This document shows, piece after piece, positions 23,698 to 34,250 of a DNA stretch of 60,800 bases. Under the pieces are notes generated by a model that saw only the letters and a list, made by a program, of their open reading frames with translations, was not told the origin of the DNA and did not search any database. Position 1 is the stretch's first letter. Every line of letters starts with the position of its first letter. Source of the stretch: Syntrophothermus sp. DTU052. GTDB lineage: Bacteria > Bacillota > Syntrophomonadia > Syntrophomonadales > DTU052. The translations under genes were made by a program, and so were the position numbers. The stretch spans positions 1-60,800 of the forward strand of contig LFRU01000036.1 in the NCBI GenBank assembly GCA_001512495.1. Direction: 5' to 3'.

Positions 23698-24795
23698 ATG
23701 AAAAGAAATACCTTGGCGGTGGCCTGGGGATACATGGGGGCCGTAATTGGTGCGGGATTCGTTTCCGGGCAGGAGCTGGTCCAGTTTTTTGTGAACTATG
23801 GCATTCGGGGGACCTGGGGCGTAATCGTGGCCGGAGCCCTGTTTGCGTTATGTGGAGGCCTGCTTATGTCCTGGGTTCATGCCCATCATCTGGATCACTA
23901 CCAGTCGGTATTAAAAAGTCTTTTTGGCCGGCGATACAGCGTGATTATTGACTCCCTGTTGGCTGTTTTTCTGTTTCTGGGCATCTGCATCATGTTTGCT
24001 GCCAGCGGAGCAGTTTTTTATGAACATATCAATCAATCGAAAACTTCCGGAGTAATGCTGGCTTACATAACAGTGCTGATTTTTCTGCTCGCGGGACGGA
24101 AGGGAATGATAGGTTCCTTTAACCTTTTGGTACCGTTAAAGTTTTTGCTATTATTATCTGTAGCAGGCTATGCGGCAATTCTGGGAGAGGGAATAAGTCC
24201 TTCCGGCGCAATGCCGGACCAGCTTATAAACCCCGGTACAGGGAATTGGCTGCTGGCCAGTGTGCTGTATGTAGCCTACAATTTTAGTCTGGCCATGGTG
24301 GTTCTGGCAGAATACCAGGCGATTACCTCTTTGAGGGAAGGAGCCCGGGGAGCATTTATCGGGGGAGCGCTGCTGGGCGTAATAGCTCTGGTTTGTTATT
24401 ATGCATTGCTGCCGGGCATGCCGGTAATCGCGCATTATGAGATCCCGATGCTTTTTGTGGCCGGCAGCATATCAGCCCACGCCAAAACGGTCTATATGGC
24501 GGTGCTATGGTTAGGAATTCTGACAACAGCTATTGCCAATACGTATGGCTTTGCCCAGAGATTCAGCGATTTCAGCGGGCTCAATTACAACTTGTGCCTG
24601 TTTGTTACCGTGACCATGGCCTTGCCCCTGGCGTTCCAGAGCTTTGCGTTTCTGGTGGCGACGGTGTATCCCCTTTTGGGAATTTTGGGGATAGTAATAC
24701 TGGTTGTCCTGGTTTACAATTTTATGGTTGATTTAATAAAATCCGTATCCCGCAGTCTATATGGGATAGTAACCCGACTGAATAAGGGGGGGTAG
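23698..24795 (+). CDS. YkvI family membrane protein
   Basis: GAVIGAGFVSGQELVQFF, YEIPML, multiple TMs. Confidence 0.85.
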   Translation: MKRNTLAVAWGYMGAVIGAGFVSGQELVQFFVNYGIRGTWGVIVAGALFALCGGLLMSWVHAHHLDHYQSVLKSLFGRRYSVIIDSLLAVFLFLGICIMFAASGAVFYEHINQSKTSGVMLAYITVLIFLLAGRKGMIGSFNLLVPLKFLLLLSVAGYAAILGEGISPSGAMPDQLINPGTGNWLLASVLYVAYNFSLAMVVLAEYQAITSLREGARGAFIGGALLGVIALVCYYALLPGMPVIAHYEIPMLFVAGSISAHAKTVYMAVLWLGILTTAIANTYGFAQRFSDFSGLNYNLCLFVTVTMALPLAFQSFAFLVATVYPLLGILGIVILVVLVYNFMVDLIKSVSRSLYGIVTRLNKGG

Positions 24796-24798
24796 CCG

Positions 24799-26187
24799 TT
24801 GGGACTGAAAGACCTGCCATCGGTGGATGAGGTGCTCAAAGATGCAAGGATTCAAAGCCTGGAAGAGGTATGTGCTCGGAACCTGGTGGTTCAGGCGGTA
24901 CGCGACGAATTGGACGTCCTCAGGGCAGAGATCTTAAGTACCGGCAACCGGTGGACTCGGGAGGAAGCTCGGGAACGAGTGGTGGTGGAGGTTGTCCGCC
25001 GCCTGAAAGCCCTGTATAACGGCAGCTTAAGAAAAGTCATTAATGCTACCGGAGTAGTACTGCATACCAACCTAGGACGGGCCCCGCTTTCGCTCGAGAC
25101 CGCCGAGCATATCGCTCGTCTGGCTCAAGGCTACTGCAATCTGGAAATGGATTTGGAAGAAGGGAAACGGGGATCGCGCTACCAGCATCTCGAATCCATT
25201 ATTCTCAGCCTGACTGGAGCCGAAGCCGCGTTAGTAGTTAATAACAACGCGGCGGCCGTTCTGCTGGTTCTAAATACCCTGGCCAGGGAGCGGGAGGTTA
25301 TTGTGTCCCGCGGACAACTGGTAGAGATTGGGGGCTCTTTTCGCATCCCGGAGATTATGGCCCTGAGTGGAGCCAAAATGGTAGAGGTTGGAACCACCAA
25401 TAAAACATACCTTTCAGATTTTGAACAGGCTGTATCCCCGGATACCGCCCTGCTCCTGGCGGTTCATACCTCGAACTACCGCATTGTTGGCTTTACCCAG
25501 GAGGTACCTTTGAGGGAGCTGGTTGGCCTGGGATGCAGGTTAGGGCTGCCCGTGGTCCAGGACCTGGGCAGCGGTTGCCTTATTGACCTTTCCCCATGGG
25601 GACTCACGGCCGAGCCTACCGTTCAAGAGTGTATAAAGGACGGGGTTGATCTGGTCACCTTTAGCGGAGATAAGCTCCTGGGAGGTCTCCAGGCGGGAAT
25701 AATTGTGGGGAAAAAACACCTGATCGATGCAATGAAGCATAACCACCTGCTGCGGGCTTTACGGGTGGATAAGCTGACCATCGCCGGTTTGGAAGCAGCC
25801 CTGGGATGTTACATAACTGGCGAGCCGCAAAACAGGATCCCGGTCCTGCAGATGCTAACCCAGGATCCTGCCGGTTTGGAGATCACGGCCGACCGGTTGT
25901 GCCATGCAATCAGAGAGGAACTGCAGGGTCAGTTCGATGTACGGGTTGTTGAATTAAACGACAAGGTTGGTGGCGGGGCCTACCCCCTGCAGGAATTGCC
26001 CGGTTACGGGGTTGAGATTGCGCCGGGCTTCGATCCCGGGCAGTTGGCCTACAGGCTGCGTACCCTCGAACCGGCTTTATTGCCCAGAATTAAGGAAGGT
26101 GCCATTATTATAAGTGTTAGAACCCTGCAGGCGGGAGAAGTGGATTTAGTTCCAGGGCTGCTGCGCCGCGCTATGGAGGCACTTTAA
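24799..26187 (+). CDS. selA: L-seryl-tRNA(Sec) selenium transferase
   Basis: VINATGVVLHTNLGRA, EIGGSFRIP, FSGDKLLGG. Confidence 0.97.
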   Translation: MGLKDLPSVDEVLKDARIQSLEEVCARNLVVQAVRDELDVLRAEILSTGNRWTREEARERVVVEVVRRLKALYNGSLRKVINATGVVLHTNLGRAPLSLETAEHIARLAQGYCNLEMDLEEGKRGSRYQHLESIILSLTGAEAALVVNNNAAAVLLVLNTLAREREVIVSRGQLVEIGGSFRIPEIMALSGAKMVEVGTTNKTYLSDFEQAVSPDTALLLAVHTSNYRIVGFTQEVPLRELVGLGCRLGLPVVQDLGSGCLIDLSPWGLTAEPTVQECIKDGVDLVTFSGDKLLGGLQAGIIVGKKHLIDAMKHNHLLRALRVDKLTIAGLEAALGCYITGEPQNRIPVLQMLTQDPAGLEITADRLCHAIREELQGQFDVRVVELNDKVGGGAYPLQELPGYGVEIAPGFDPGQLAYRLRTLEPALLPRIKEGAIIISVRTLQAGEVDLVPGLLRRAMEAL

Positions 26188-28100
26188 TGAAAAGGTTAAT
26201 CATTGGAACTGCGGGTCACATAGACCACGGTAAAACCGCCCTGGTGCGGGCTATGACCGGACTTGATACCGACCGGCTGAAGGAGGAAAAGAAAAGAGGC
26301 ATATCTATCGAACTGGGATTTGCACCGCTGACCCTTCCCAGCGGTCAGCGGGCCGGCATTGTCGATGTTCCCGGCCATGAGAGATTTGTGCGCCAGATGC
26401 TGGCGGGAGCTTTCGGGATGGACCTGGTGCTACTGATCGTTGCGGCTGATGAGGGAATAATGCCTCAAACCAGGGAACACCTGGACATCATCCGGCTGCT
26501 GGGCATCAACCAGGGGATTGTCGTGATCACCAAAAAAGACCTGGTGGATGAAGAATGGCTGATGATGGTGGAGGATGATATCAAAGAGTACCTGGCGACA
26601 ACGGAGCTAAAGGAGTGGCCGATAATTACTGTTTCCTCGACCGAAGGGGCGGGCATCCCTGAACTGCTCCGATTGATCGAGGAACTGTCCGCCCAGGTGC
26701 AGGAGAAATCGGCACTGGGCCAGGTTCGACTGCCCATTGACCGGGTTTTTAGCATGACTGGTTTTGGCACGGTAGTAACCGGAACACTCTGGTCAGGGCG
26801 TATCCGCCTTAATGACAGCCTGCAGATCCTTCCCCAGGAAATTCCCGTGCGGGTTCGAACCCTGCACGTCCACAACCAGAAGGTGGAGGAAGCTTTGGCA
26901 GGTCAAAGGGTGGCAGTAAATCTGCAGGGGGTCGACACCTCCGATATCCATAGGGGGAATGTCCTGGCTGCTCCGGGCTTCCTGAGTCCCACCTACCGGA
27001 TAAGCGGGAATCTGCGGCTGCTGAAAAACAGTCCTCGTCCCCTGAAAAACTGGACCCGGGTAAGGTTTCACCTGGGAACGGATGAGTGCCTAGGCCGGGT
27101 AGTGCTGCTGGAGCATGATGAGCTCCAGCCGGGAGAACATGGATATGTGCAGATAGTGATGGAAGAGCCGGTGGTGTGTACCAGGGGCGATCGGTTTGTG
27201 ATCCGTTTTTATTCACCCGTAACCACCATAGGTGGTGGAGTGGTGATTGATCCCCATCCCCCCAAACAGAAGCGGTTTAACGAAGCAGTCCTGGAGGAGA
27301 TGGCAGTCAAGGAAGAGGGCGATCTGGAGGAGGTAGTCCTGCAGGAGCTAAACAAATACCCGGATCGGATAATATCCGTTGATGACCTGGCAGCAGCTAT
27401 CAACCATAATCCCGTAGAGACCCGAGATGTATTAAAAATACTGTGTGAACAAGGGTTGATTGAGCAATTAAAGGTAGAGAACCATGACCTCTACCTGAGC
27501 AGTCTGGGAGTCGATTACAGTATCCAGAACATCAACCGGATGCTGGAAGATTGGCACAAAAAGTATCCCCTAAGGCCGGGTTTCCCCCGGGAAGAACTGC
27601 GCAGCCGCTACTTCAAGCAGTACCCGGTCAAAGTCTTTAATGCCCTGATCAGCCTTTTGGAAGCCAAAGGTGTATTATCTGCTGATTCCAAGTATATAAG
27701 GCTCCCCGGCCAGTCGATTGAGCCCGACCGGGATGCTGTAAAGGCCATCAAAAGAGTTATGGAAATGCTGGATAAGAATCCCCTGGCGCCGCCCGGATTG
27801 AAAGAGATTCAGGAGGAAATAGCTGATTCCCCCTACGATCCTGCAGAGATAATTGCTTATTTGGAGGAATCCGGGCAGATAGTTAAGGTGGCTGAGGGCG
27901 TCTACTATTCCCGTACCGGGGTGGACCTCGCCTGGAGCCGATTAAACGAGCACTTTGACGAAAAGAGAGAGCTGTCACTGGCCGAAGCCCGTGATATGTG
28001 GGAGACCTCAAGGAAGTATACCCTGCCTCTCTTGGAATACTTCGATCGGATTAAGTATACCAAGAGGATTGGAGACAACCGGATAAGGATTACTCGCTGA
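26187..28100 (+). CDS. selB: Selenocysteine-specific elongation factor
   Basis: [32 protein letters not shown]4 motif. Confidence 0.97.
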   Translation: MKRLIIGTAGHIDHGKTALVRAMTGLDTDRLKEEKKRGISIELGFAPLTLPSGQRAGIVDVPGHERFVRQMLAGAFGMDLVLLIVAADEGIMPQTREHLDIIRLLGINQGIVVITKKDLVDEEWLMMVEDDIKEYLATTELKEWPIITVSSTEGAGIPELLRLIEELSAQVQEKSALGQVRLPIDRVFSMTGFGTVVTGTLWSGRIRLNDSLQILPQEIPVRVRTLHVHNQKVEEALAGQRVAVNLQGVDTSDIHRGNVLAAPGFLSPTYRISGNLRLLKNSPRPLKNWTRVRFHLGTDECLGRVVLLEHDELQPGEHGYVQIVMEEPVVCTRGDRFVIRFYSPVTTIGGGVVIDPHPPKQKRFNEAVLEEMAVKEEGDLEEVVLQELNKYPDRIISVDDLAAAINHNPVETRDVLKILCEQGLIEQLKVENHDLYLSSLGVDYSIQNINRMLEDWHKKYPLRPGFPREELRSRYFKQYPVKVFNALISLLEAKGVLSADSKYIRLPGQSIEPDRDAVKAIKRVMEMLDKNPLAPPGLKEIQEEIADSPYDPAEIIAYLEESGQIVKVAEGVYYSRTGVDLAWSRLNEHFDEKRELSLAEARDMWETSRKYTLPLLEYFDRIKYTKRIGDNRIRITR

Positions 28101-28312
28101 TCCGGCCAGGTCGCTGCCAACAGATGTCGCCCCCGGGAGGCGCGGACGGGGCGAAAACACGGTGCGGGATTATTAATAATACAGATATGCGCCGGGATGG
28201 CTGTAAAATGACGAGCCGTAAGAATGTCAAGTATTCGGGCGGCATAAATACAGTTGTTACAGTCTGACGGGACTCGGGATTGCGCGATGGCCCGGGAGAG
28301 GAGGCTGACCCT

Positions 28313-29017
28313 TTGCTGCAGATGGAAAACGTCAATGTTTACTATGGGCCCATTCACGCCCTTAAAGATGTTTCGTTAAGTGTAAATGAAGGAAGTATTG
28401 TGAGCCTGATTGGTGCCAACGGTGCCGGAAAGACCACAACGCTGAAAACCATATCCGGCCTCCTTCGTCCCAAATCGGGGGCCATCCGCTTCCAGGGCCA
28501 GGATGTAACGTCGCGTCCTGCCCAGGATATTGTAGCTCTGGGGATATCCCAGGTGCCGGAAGGCAGGCGGGTATTCCCCGCGATGTCGGTTCAGGAAAAC
28601 CTGGAGATGGGAGCTTACCGACGAAAGGATAAGGAAGGCATTGCTCAGGATTTTGAGAACGTGTTCAAAAGATTTCCCCGGCTCAAGGAACGGCGCAAAC
28701 AAATGGCCGGCACCTTAAGCGGGGGTGAACAGCAGATGCTGGCCATCGGCAGGGCATTAATGGCCCGGCCGGTACTGATGCTGCTGGATGAACCTTCGAT
28801 GGGGTTAGCTCCCCTGCTGGTGCGGGAGATCTTTGAGATAATAAAGGATATCAATGCCAACGGAACCACAATTCTCCTGGTTGAGCAGAATGCACGCATG
28901 GCCTTGTCGATAGCGGATAAGGCCTATGTGCTGGAGACGGGGAGAGTCGTTTTGGAAGGTGAAGCCAGAGAGATGTTGGAGAGCGACCTGGTGAAAAAAG
29001 CCTATTTGGGCGGTTAG
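28313..29017 (+). CDS. livF: LivF-type ABC ATPase
   Basis: GANGAGKTT, QVPEGRRVF, LSGGEQQM, LDEPSMGLAP; TTG start after GAGGAGG. Confidence 0.92.
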   Translation: MLQMENVNVYYGPIHALKDVSLSVNEGSIVSLIGANGAGKTTTLKTISGLLRPKSGAIRFQGQDVTSRPAQDIVALGISQVPEGRRVFPAMSVQENLEMGAYRRKDKEGIAQDFENVFKRFPRLKERRKQMAGTLSGGEQQMLAIGRALMARPVLMLLDEPSMGLAPLLVREIFEIIKDINANGTTILLVEQNARMALSIADKAYVLETGRVVLEGEAREMLESDLVKKAYLGG

Positions 29018-29028
29018 GGGGAAGGTTT

Positions 29029-29676
29029 ATGAAGGTCAGGGAGAGGATGAGCCGGGATCTCGCTATTGTAACCCCGGATACCTCCATCGCAGATGCATTT
29101 CAGCTGATGCAGGACCGTCGGGTACGGAGGCTGCCGGTTATGTCCAAGAACAAGCTGGTAGGTATAGTGACGATAAAAGATCTAAATAAAGTTTCGCCGT
29201 CATCCGCCACCAGTCTAAGCATTTTTGAGTTGAACTATCTGCTGGTCAAAACGAAAATCAAGGATATTCTCCCGAAAAACATGAAGGTTATTACCATCGA
29301 GGCGGATGCCAACATTGAAAGGGCCGCCGTGCTGATGCGGGAGCACCAGATTGGGGGGATACCGGTATTGGAAGATGGAAACCTGGTGGGCATAATTACT
29401 GAGACTAATATCTTCGATGCCTTTATAGATATACTGGGAGTCAGCCGGCCCGGTACCCGCATTGATATGGAGGTGGACGAGCGGGTGGGAGCAGTTGCTG
29501 CTGTGACCGGGATTATTGCTCAACATGGCATAAGCATTGAAAACATCGTCCTGGTGGAGAAAGAGTTGGGCTTATACGACCTGATTCTGCGCCTCGACAC
29601 CACCGAAGCTGACGAAGCAGTGATATCCCTGCGCCATAACGGATTCAAGATCCTGGATGTAATCGTGGAGCAATGA
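29029..29676 (+). CDS. AcuB-like CBS-pair + ACT domain protein
   Basis: Two CBS repeats, SPSSATSLSIFELNYLL, C-terminal ACT-like domain. Confidence 0.88.
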   Translation: MKVRERMSRDLAIVTPDTSIADAFQLMQDRRVRRLPVMSKNKLVGIVTIKDLNKVSPSSATSLSIFELNYLLVKTKIKDILPKNMKVITIEADANIERAAVLMREHQIGGIPVLEDGNLVGIITETNIFDAFIDILGVSRPGTRIDMEVDERVGAVAAVTGIIAQHGISIENIVLVEKELGLYDLILRLDTTEADEAVISLRHNGFKILDVIVEQ

Positions 29677-29756
29677 GACTTGTTTGCCTTCCATGCTATA
29701 ATTCGTTAATATATACTTTGGGTTATATGCTGCACCTTGTTACGGGATAAACATGG

Positions 29757-29855
29757 GGAAGCGGATCGGTCCTGGTGGGTCGCCTGGACTTCAAATCCAG
29801 TTTGCGCCGCAGTGGCCCTGCGGTGGGTGGGTTCGATTCCCACACGCTTCCGCCA
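29757..29855 (+). tRNA. selC: tRNA-Sec (TCA)
   Basis: ctgga-ct-TCA-aa-tccag anticodon arm, long variable arm, GTTCGATTC, GCCA end. Confidence 0.95.
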
Positions 29856-29963
29856 ATTCGAATATTTGGGCCATCGGGCCCGGAGCAAGGGTGAGACCGG
29901 AAAGAGCAATAGAAAGCATGAATGCCGTAACGATGAAATAACGCTTCAACAGACTTAAGGGTA

Positions 29964-30003
29964 GCCTCCTTCGTTTATTTTCGACGACGAAAGGAGGCCT
30001 TTT
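29964..30003 (+). terminator. Intrinsic terminator after selC
   Basis: gcctccttcgt / acgaaaggaggc stem followed by T-run. Confidence 0.65.
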
Positions 30004-30143
30004 AATATCCAGGGTCAGACAATGACATTTTTATTACTAATTCGAGACAGTATATGGTAAAATTATGGCGTAAGAGGGATACATAGAGTTGGGCTTATCA
30101 CAGGATCGGGAGTCCAATGTTTGAATGTTTGGAGGTATGGGGG

Positions 30144-30815
30144 ATGGAAACTGCCAAAGGTACAGAAGGAAACAGGGCATACCAGTGTTCGATATGCGGC
30201 TATATTTATGATCCTGCGGCTGGAGACCCCGAGCACGGGGTTCCGGCTTTTACACCCTTTGAAGAACTTCCTCCCGACTGGACATGCCCGGTTTGCGGAG
30301 CCGGCCGGGAGCTGTTCACCAAGGTGGAGACCAAGGCATCTCAATCCGGTGCCACAGCGCCAGTCACGGTAAAAGAGTACAGGAATCAGGATATTGTGGT
30401 TTACTGGAACCCCCAGATGTGTTCTCATGCCGGCAAATGCTGGGGGGGATTACCGGAGGTTTTTGATACCTCAAAGAGACCCTGGGTTAATGTGAACGGG
30501 GCTACCGCCGAAGCAATCATACGCACCATCGACAAGTGTCCCAGTCGAGCATTGCAGTACAGTCTGCCGGAAGGTTCTTCCGTGGATCCCGCTATTGCCC
30601 GGGGGCCGGGAGCGAAGGATCGCAAGATTGATCCGGCCAAGGCCGGTAGAATACGAGTAATTAGAGATGGTCCCCTCATAGTTGAAGGTCCCAACCAGGT
30701 GTTTGGTACCGGCGGAGAACTTATCGCAGAGGATGACCGATTGGTGTTATGTCGCTGCGGCAAAACCAACAATCCACCATTTTGTGATGGGAGTCATATC
30801 CCGGGCCGCAATTGA
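30144..30815 (+). CDS. Rubredoxin + divergent 4Fe-4S + CDGSH fusion protein
   Basis: [16 protein letters not shown]; CSHAGKC..CPSRAL; LCRCGKT..PFCDGSH. Confidence 0.88.
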   Translation: METAKGTEGNRAYQCSICGYIYDPAAGDPEHGVPAFTPFEELPPDWTCPVCGAGRELFTKVETKASQSGATAPVTVKEYRNQDIVVYWNPQMCSHAGKCWGGLPEVFDTSKRPWVNVNGATAEAIIRTIDKCPSRALQYSLPEGSSVDPAIARGPGAKDRKIDPAKAGRIRVIRDGPLIVEGPNQVFGTGGELIAEDDRLVLCRCGKTNNPPFCDGSHIPGRN

Positions 30816-31139
30816 TAGCATAGAGAGACGTGAAACAGAGGTTATGGGATTCATAACCAGACTAAGGATCGCTGCGGTGTGATTAATTGCTCACATCTCA
30901 GCGGTGAAAGGCATTAATGGTCAAATGCGGCCAACTAATTCGGTTCATAGAACCGGTTGTTTGTTCCCCACACTCGCTTGAACAGACACAGTTAAGGCTT
31001 GCCTCATCAGTTCGGACCCCGGTTGCATTTTATGTCACAGAATAACATGGTATAATTCCCCTAATAGCCGGAGGTTTAAGCTCTATCCGGGCCGGAATGA
31101 TTCGGGCCGGTTAATGAACCGCCATTTTCAGGAGAGAGT

Positions 31140-31790
31140 ATGCAGACCCTTGTTTTGGACTGTATTCTGGTGGTCCTGGTTCTTTACGGGTTTTTGGTGG
31201 GTTTTCGCCGGGGCCTAATCGCCAGTATTGGAAGCATAGCCTCGTTGGTTCTGGGGATTGGGGCCGCCATACTGTACTGGGAACCGGTTACCGACTACCT
31301 TCAGAACAACTACTCACTGATTACTTATGTGGCTCAATTCCTGGCTGAACAACTGCCAATGCCTGTATTCGACAACCCGCAGGGTATGGTTTCTACTCTT
31401 TTAAGTTCCGGTCTTTACGCCTATCAGGGCTTGATATACCATATTGCCCGTCTGATAGTAGCTGCGCTGGTGTTCATACTGCTCCTGTTCCTGGTTTCAC
31501 GGCTGTTGGCTCTGGTATGGCACCTCCTGAGCATGGTTTTTGGCTGGGGGATACTGGGAGCAGGCAACCGCATGGGAGGAGCAGCTTTTGAAGCCTTGAA
31601 AATAGTTCTGCTGCTTTCAATTCTTGCCGGCCTGGCCTTACCCCTAATCCGTTCCCTGGCCGATACCGGGTTTCCTCTGGCTGTGGATATGATTAACTAC
31701 CTTGATGAATCCTTGATAATTCCTTATCTGGAAGGCATATTTGAATTTATGGGCAGAATAATAGGTGTCCAATCGGAACCGTTAGCATAA
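31140..31790 (+). CDS. CvpA family membrane protein
   Basis: LD..L....GFRRGL, NRMGGA, hydrophobic profile. Confidence 0.75.
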   Translation: MQTLVLDCILVVLVLYGFLVGFRRGLIASIGSIASLVLGIGAAILYWEPVTDYLQNNYSLITYVAQFLAEQLPMPVFDNPQGMVSTLLSSGLYAYQGLIYHIARLIVAALVFILLLFLVSRLLALVWHLLSMVFGWGILGAGNRMGGAAFEALKIVLLLSILAGLALPLIRSLADTGFPLAVDMINYLDESLIIPYLEGIFEFMGRIIGVQSEPLA

Positions 31791-31804
31791 AGGAGGTATT
31801 TTAC

Positions 31805-33181
31805 GTGGAAAGAGAAAGAAATGCGTGGTTGATGGCTTCGGAAAGCGAGAGGCAAGAGATAGAAGCTCTGGGACGAAAGTATATCAGATTCCTGAACCGG
31901 GCCAAGACGGAGCGGGAGACAGTGTCATACTTGAAGGAAGAGTTGCAGGAGAACAACTTTGTAGACCTCAAGGACCTGAATGAACTGCGACCCGGACAGC
32001 GGGTGTTCATTGACCATAAAGGTAAGGCGGCTGTGGCGGCGGTAATCGGGGAAAAACCGTTTATTGAAGGGTTTAACATTGTCGCCTCCCATACTGATAC
32101 CCCGCGACTGGACCTTAAGCCGGCTCCCCTGTACGAGGATGCAGGTTTGGCTCTTTTTAAGACCCACTACTACGGAGGCATTAAAAAATATCAGTGGACG
32201 GCTCTGCCCCTTTCCATGCACGGCATAGCAGTTAAGAAGAGCGGGGAGAAGATTGAGATTAGTATCGGGGAAGAGGAGGATGACCCGGTATTCACGATAA
32301 CCGATCTGCTTATCCACCTGGCCAAGGATCAAATGGAAAAAAAGATGAGTGAAGCGATTACCGGCGAGGACCTGAATATCCTGGTGGGGAGCCTTCCTCT
32401 GGAATCCGGTCCGGAAAAGGACAAGATAAAAGCGGCGATTAGAAAGATTTTGCAGGAGAAATACAATATTGAGGATGACGATTTCTCCAGCGCCGAGATT
32501 CAGATGGTACCGGCGATGAAGGCCCGGGAGATTGGGTTTGACCGCAGCCTCATTGGGGGTTACGGTCAGGATGACCGGGTTTGTGTATTTACCTCTTTCC
32601 GTGCGCTGCTGGAGGTTAACGCACCCTCCCGTACAGCTGTTTGCGTTTTTGCCGACAAAGAGGAGATTGGCAGCGTTGGCAACACGGGACTGCGTTCCTT
32701 TCTGCTGGAGAATGTTATCATTGACCTGATGAACAAGAACGGCCATGCTGAATACTATCAGGTTATGCAAGCCTTGCGAAGTTCTTATGCGCTGTCGGCT
32801 GATGTGAATGGGGCTCTGGACCCCAATCATGAAGGGGCTTTTGACAAGAGGAACTCCTCTTTTATTGGCCGGGGAGTAGCCCTGACCAAGTATACCGGAT
32901 CCAGGGGCAAAGTGGAGTCCAACGATGCCAATCCTGAATACCTGGCCCGGATCCGCAGGCTTTTTGATGACCACGGCGTTGCCTGGCAGGTTGGGGAATT
33001 GGGTAAAGTTGACCAGGGCGGCGGCGGTACTGTGGCCTACCTGCTGTCCCGATATGGGATGGAGGTTGTGGACTGCGGAGTAGCATTGTTGGGGATGCAT
33101 TCGCCTTTCGAGGTGGCAGCCAAATCCGATATTTACGCGGCCTACAAGGCTTACAAAGTATTTATGCAGGATTTCAAATAG
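31805..33181 (+). CDS. M18 family aminopeptidase
   Basis: HTDTPRL, HYYGGIKKYQW, GQDDR, KEEIGS, MHSPFE. Confidence 0.93.
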   Translation: MERERNAWLMASESERQEIEALGRKYIRFLNRAKTERETVSYLKEELQENNFVDLKDLNELRPGQRVFIDHKGKAAVAAVIGEKPFIEGFNIVASHTDTPRLDLKPAPLYEDAGLALFKTHYYGGIKKYQWTALPLSMHGIAVKKSGEKIEISIGEEEDDPVFTITDLLIHLAKDQMEKKMSEAITGEDLNILVGSLPLESGPEKDKIKAAIRKILQEKYNIEDDDFSSAEIQMVPAMKAREIGFDRSLIGGYGQDDRVCVFTSFRALLEVNAPSRTAVCVFADKEEIGSVGNTGLRSFLLENVIIDLMNKNGHAEYYQVMQALRSSYALSADVNGALDPNHEGAFDKRNSSFIGRGVALTKYTGSRGKVESNDANPEYLARIRRLFDDHGVAWQVGELGKVDQGGGGTVAYLLSRYGMEVVDCGVALLGMHSPFEVAAKSDIYAAYKAYKVFMQDFK

Positions 33182-33197
33182 AAAAGGGGGGAGTACG

Positions 33198-34250
33198 GTG
33201 GCTGGGGAGCAGTTGAAGCTGACCCAAATGGTCAGGGCTTCCGGTTGAGCGGCCAAACTGGGTCCGGGGACCCTGAGCCAGGTATTAAATGCAATAGAAC
33301 TGCGTCCAGACCCCAGGCTGTTGGTAGGGTTTGAGGGTGCCGACGACGCAGGAGTTTTTATGCTGTCGGAACAGACGGCCCTGATTCAAACTATCGATTT
33401 CTTTACCCCCATGGTGGATGATCCTTATCTGTTTGGACAGATTGCTGCGGCCAACGCCTTAAGCGACGTATACGCTATGGGAGGGGAGCCGTTGACCGCT
33501 ATGAATATTGTATGCTTTCCGGATTGTCTCGATATTTCCATCCTCCAAGCGATAATTAAAGGAGGGGTTTCGAAGATCGAGGAAGCCGGTGCAGTGCTGG
33601 TCGGGGGCCACTCGGTGGATGATCAGGAGCCCAAATACGGCCTGTCTGTTACCGGGGTCATCGACCCCCGCAAGGTGGTATCCAACCAGGGGGCCAGGGT
33701 CGGCGATTGCCTGTATATTACCAAGCCCCTGGGAACCGGTATAGTTACCACCGCCATCAAAGGGGAAATGGCGACAGCCCAAACGGTGCGAGAGGCGGTT
33801 CGTTCGATGAGCACACTGAATAAAGCCGCCCGGGAGGTTATGATGGAAGTCGGAGTAAACGCGGCCACCGACATAACCGGGTTCGGCCTGCTCGGCCATA
33901 CCATGGAAATGGCGGTGGGCAGCCGGGTGCAGATTGAACTGTGGGCAGACCGCCTGCCGCTGCTGAAGGGGGTGGAGGAGCTGGCAGCCATGGGACTTAT
34001 TCCGGCCGGGACTTATGCCAACCGGGATTACCTGCAGGGACGGGTTGAGGTGGCAAAAGAGGTCGACAATACCCGTCTGGATATCATGTATACCCCGGAG
34101 ACCTCCGGAGGTCTTTTACTGGCCGTTGATGCCGCCAGAAGACATAAATTGGAGCAACTGGCCCGCAGCAGGTCGGTTGGGCTCACTATGATCGGTCGAG
34201 TGCTGAGCGGCGGCACTGGATACATCAAAGTATCAAGGGGTGAAAAGTAA
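33198..34250 (+). CDS. selD: Selenide, water dikinase SelD; selenoprotein with in-frame UGA (Sec17)
   Basis: GTG at 33198 reads MAGEQLKLTQMVRASG-U-AAKLGP in frame with the 33321 ORF (DDAGV, DFFTP, ANALSDVYAMGG, TDITGFGLLGH). Confidence 0.95.
33258..33281 (+). promoter_or_regulatory. Bacterial SECIS hairpin of selD
   Basis: gggtc-cggg-gaccc stem-loop starting 11 nt after the UGA at 33246-33248. Confidence 0.75.

Noticed and set aside
28098-28154. selB TGA stop followed by a tcgcccc/ggggcga hairpin as possible Sec readthrough
   Set aside because: SelB is complete at the stop, the hairpin starts 26 nt away, and the extension has no motif
29706-29958. Three short ORFs over selC
   Set aside because: They overlap the tRNA-Sec gene; spurious
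30964-30979. ttccccacactcgctt resembling the tRNA-Sec 3' end (possible att remnant)
   Set aside because: Short gapped match expected by chance; no integrase
31925-33256. 443-aa minus-strand ORF
   Set aside because: Antisense shadow of the M18 aminopeptidase; no motifs
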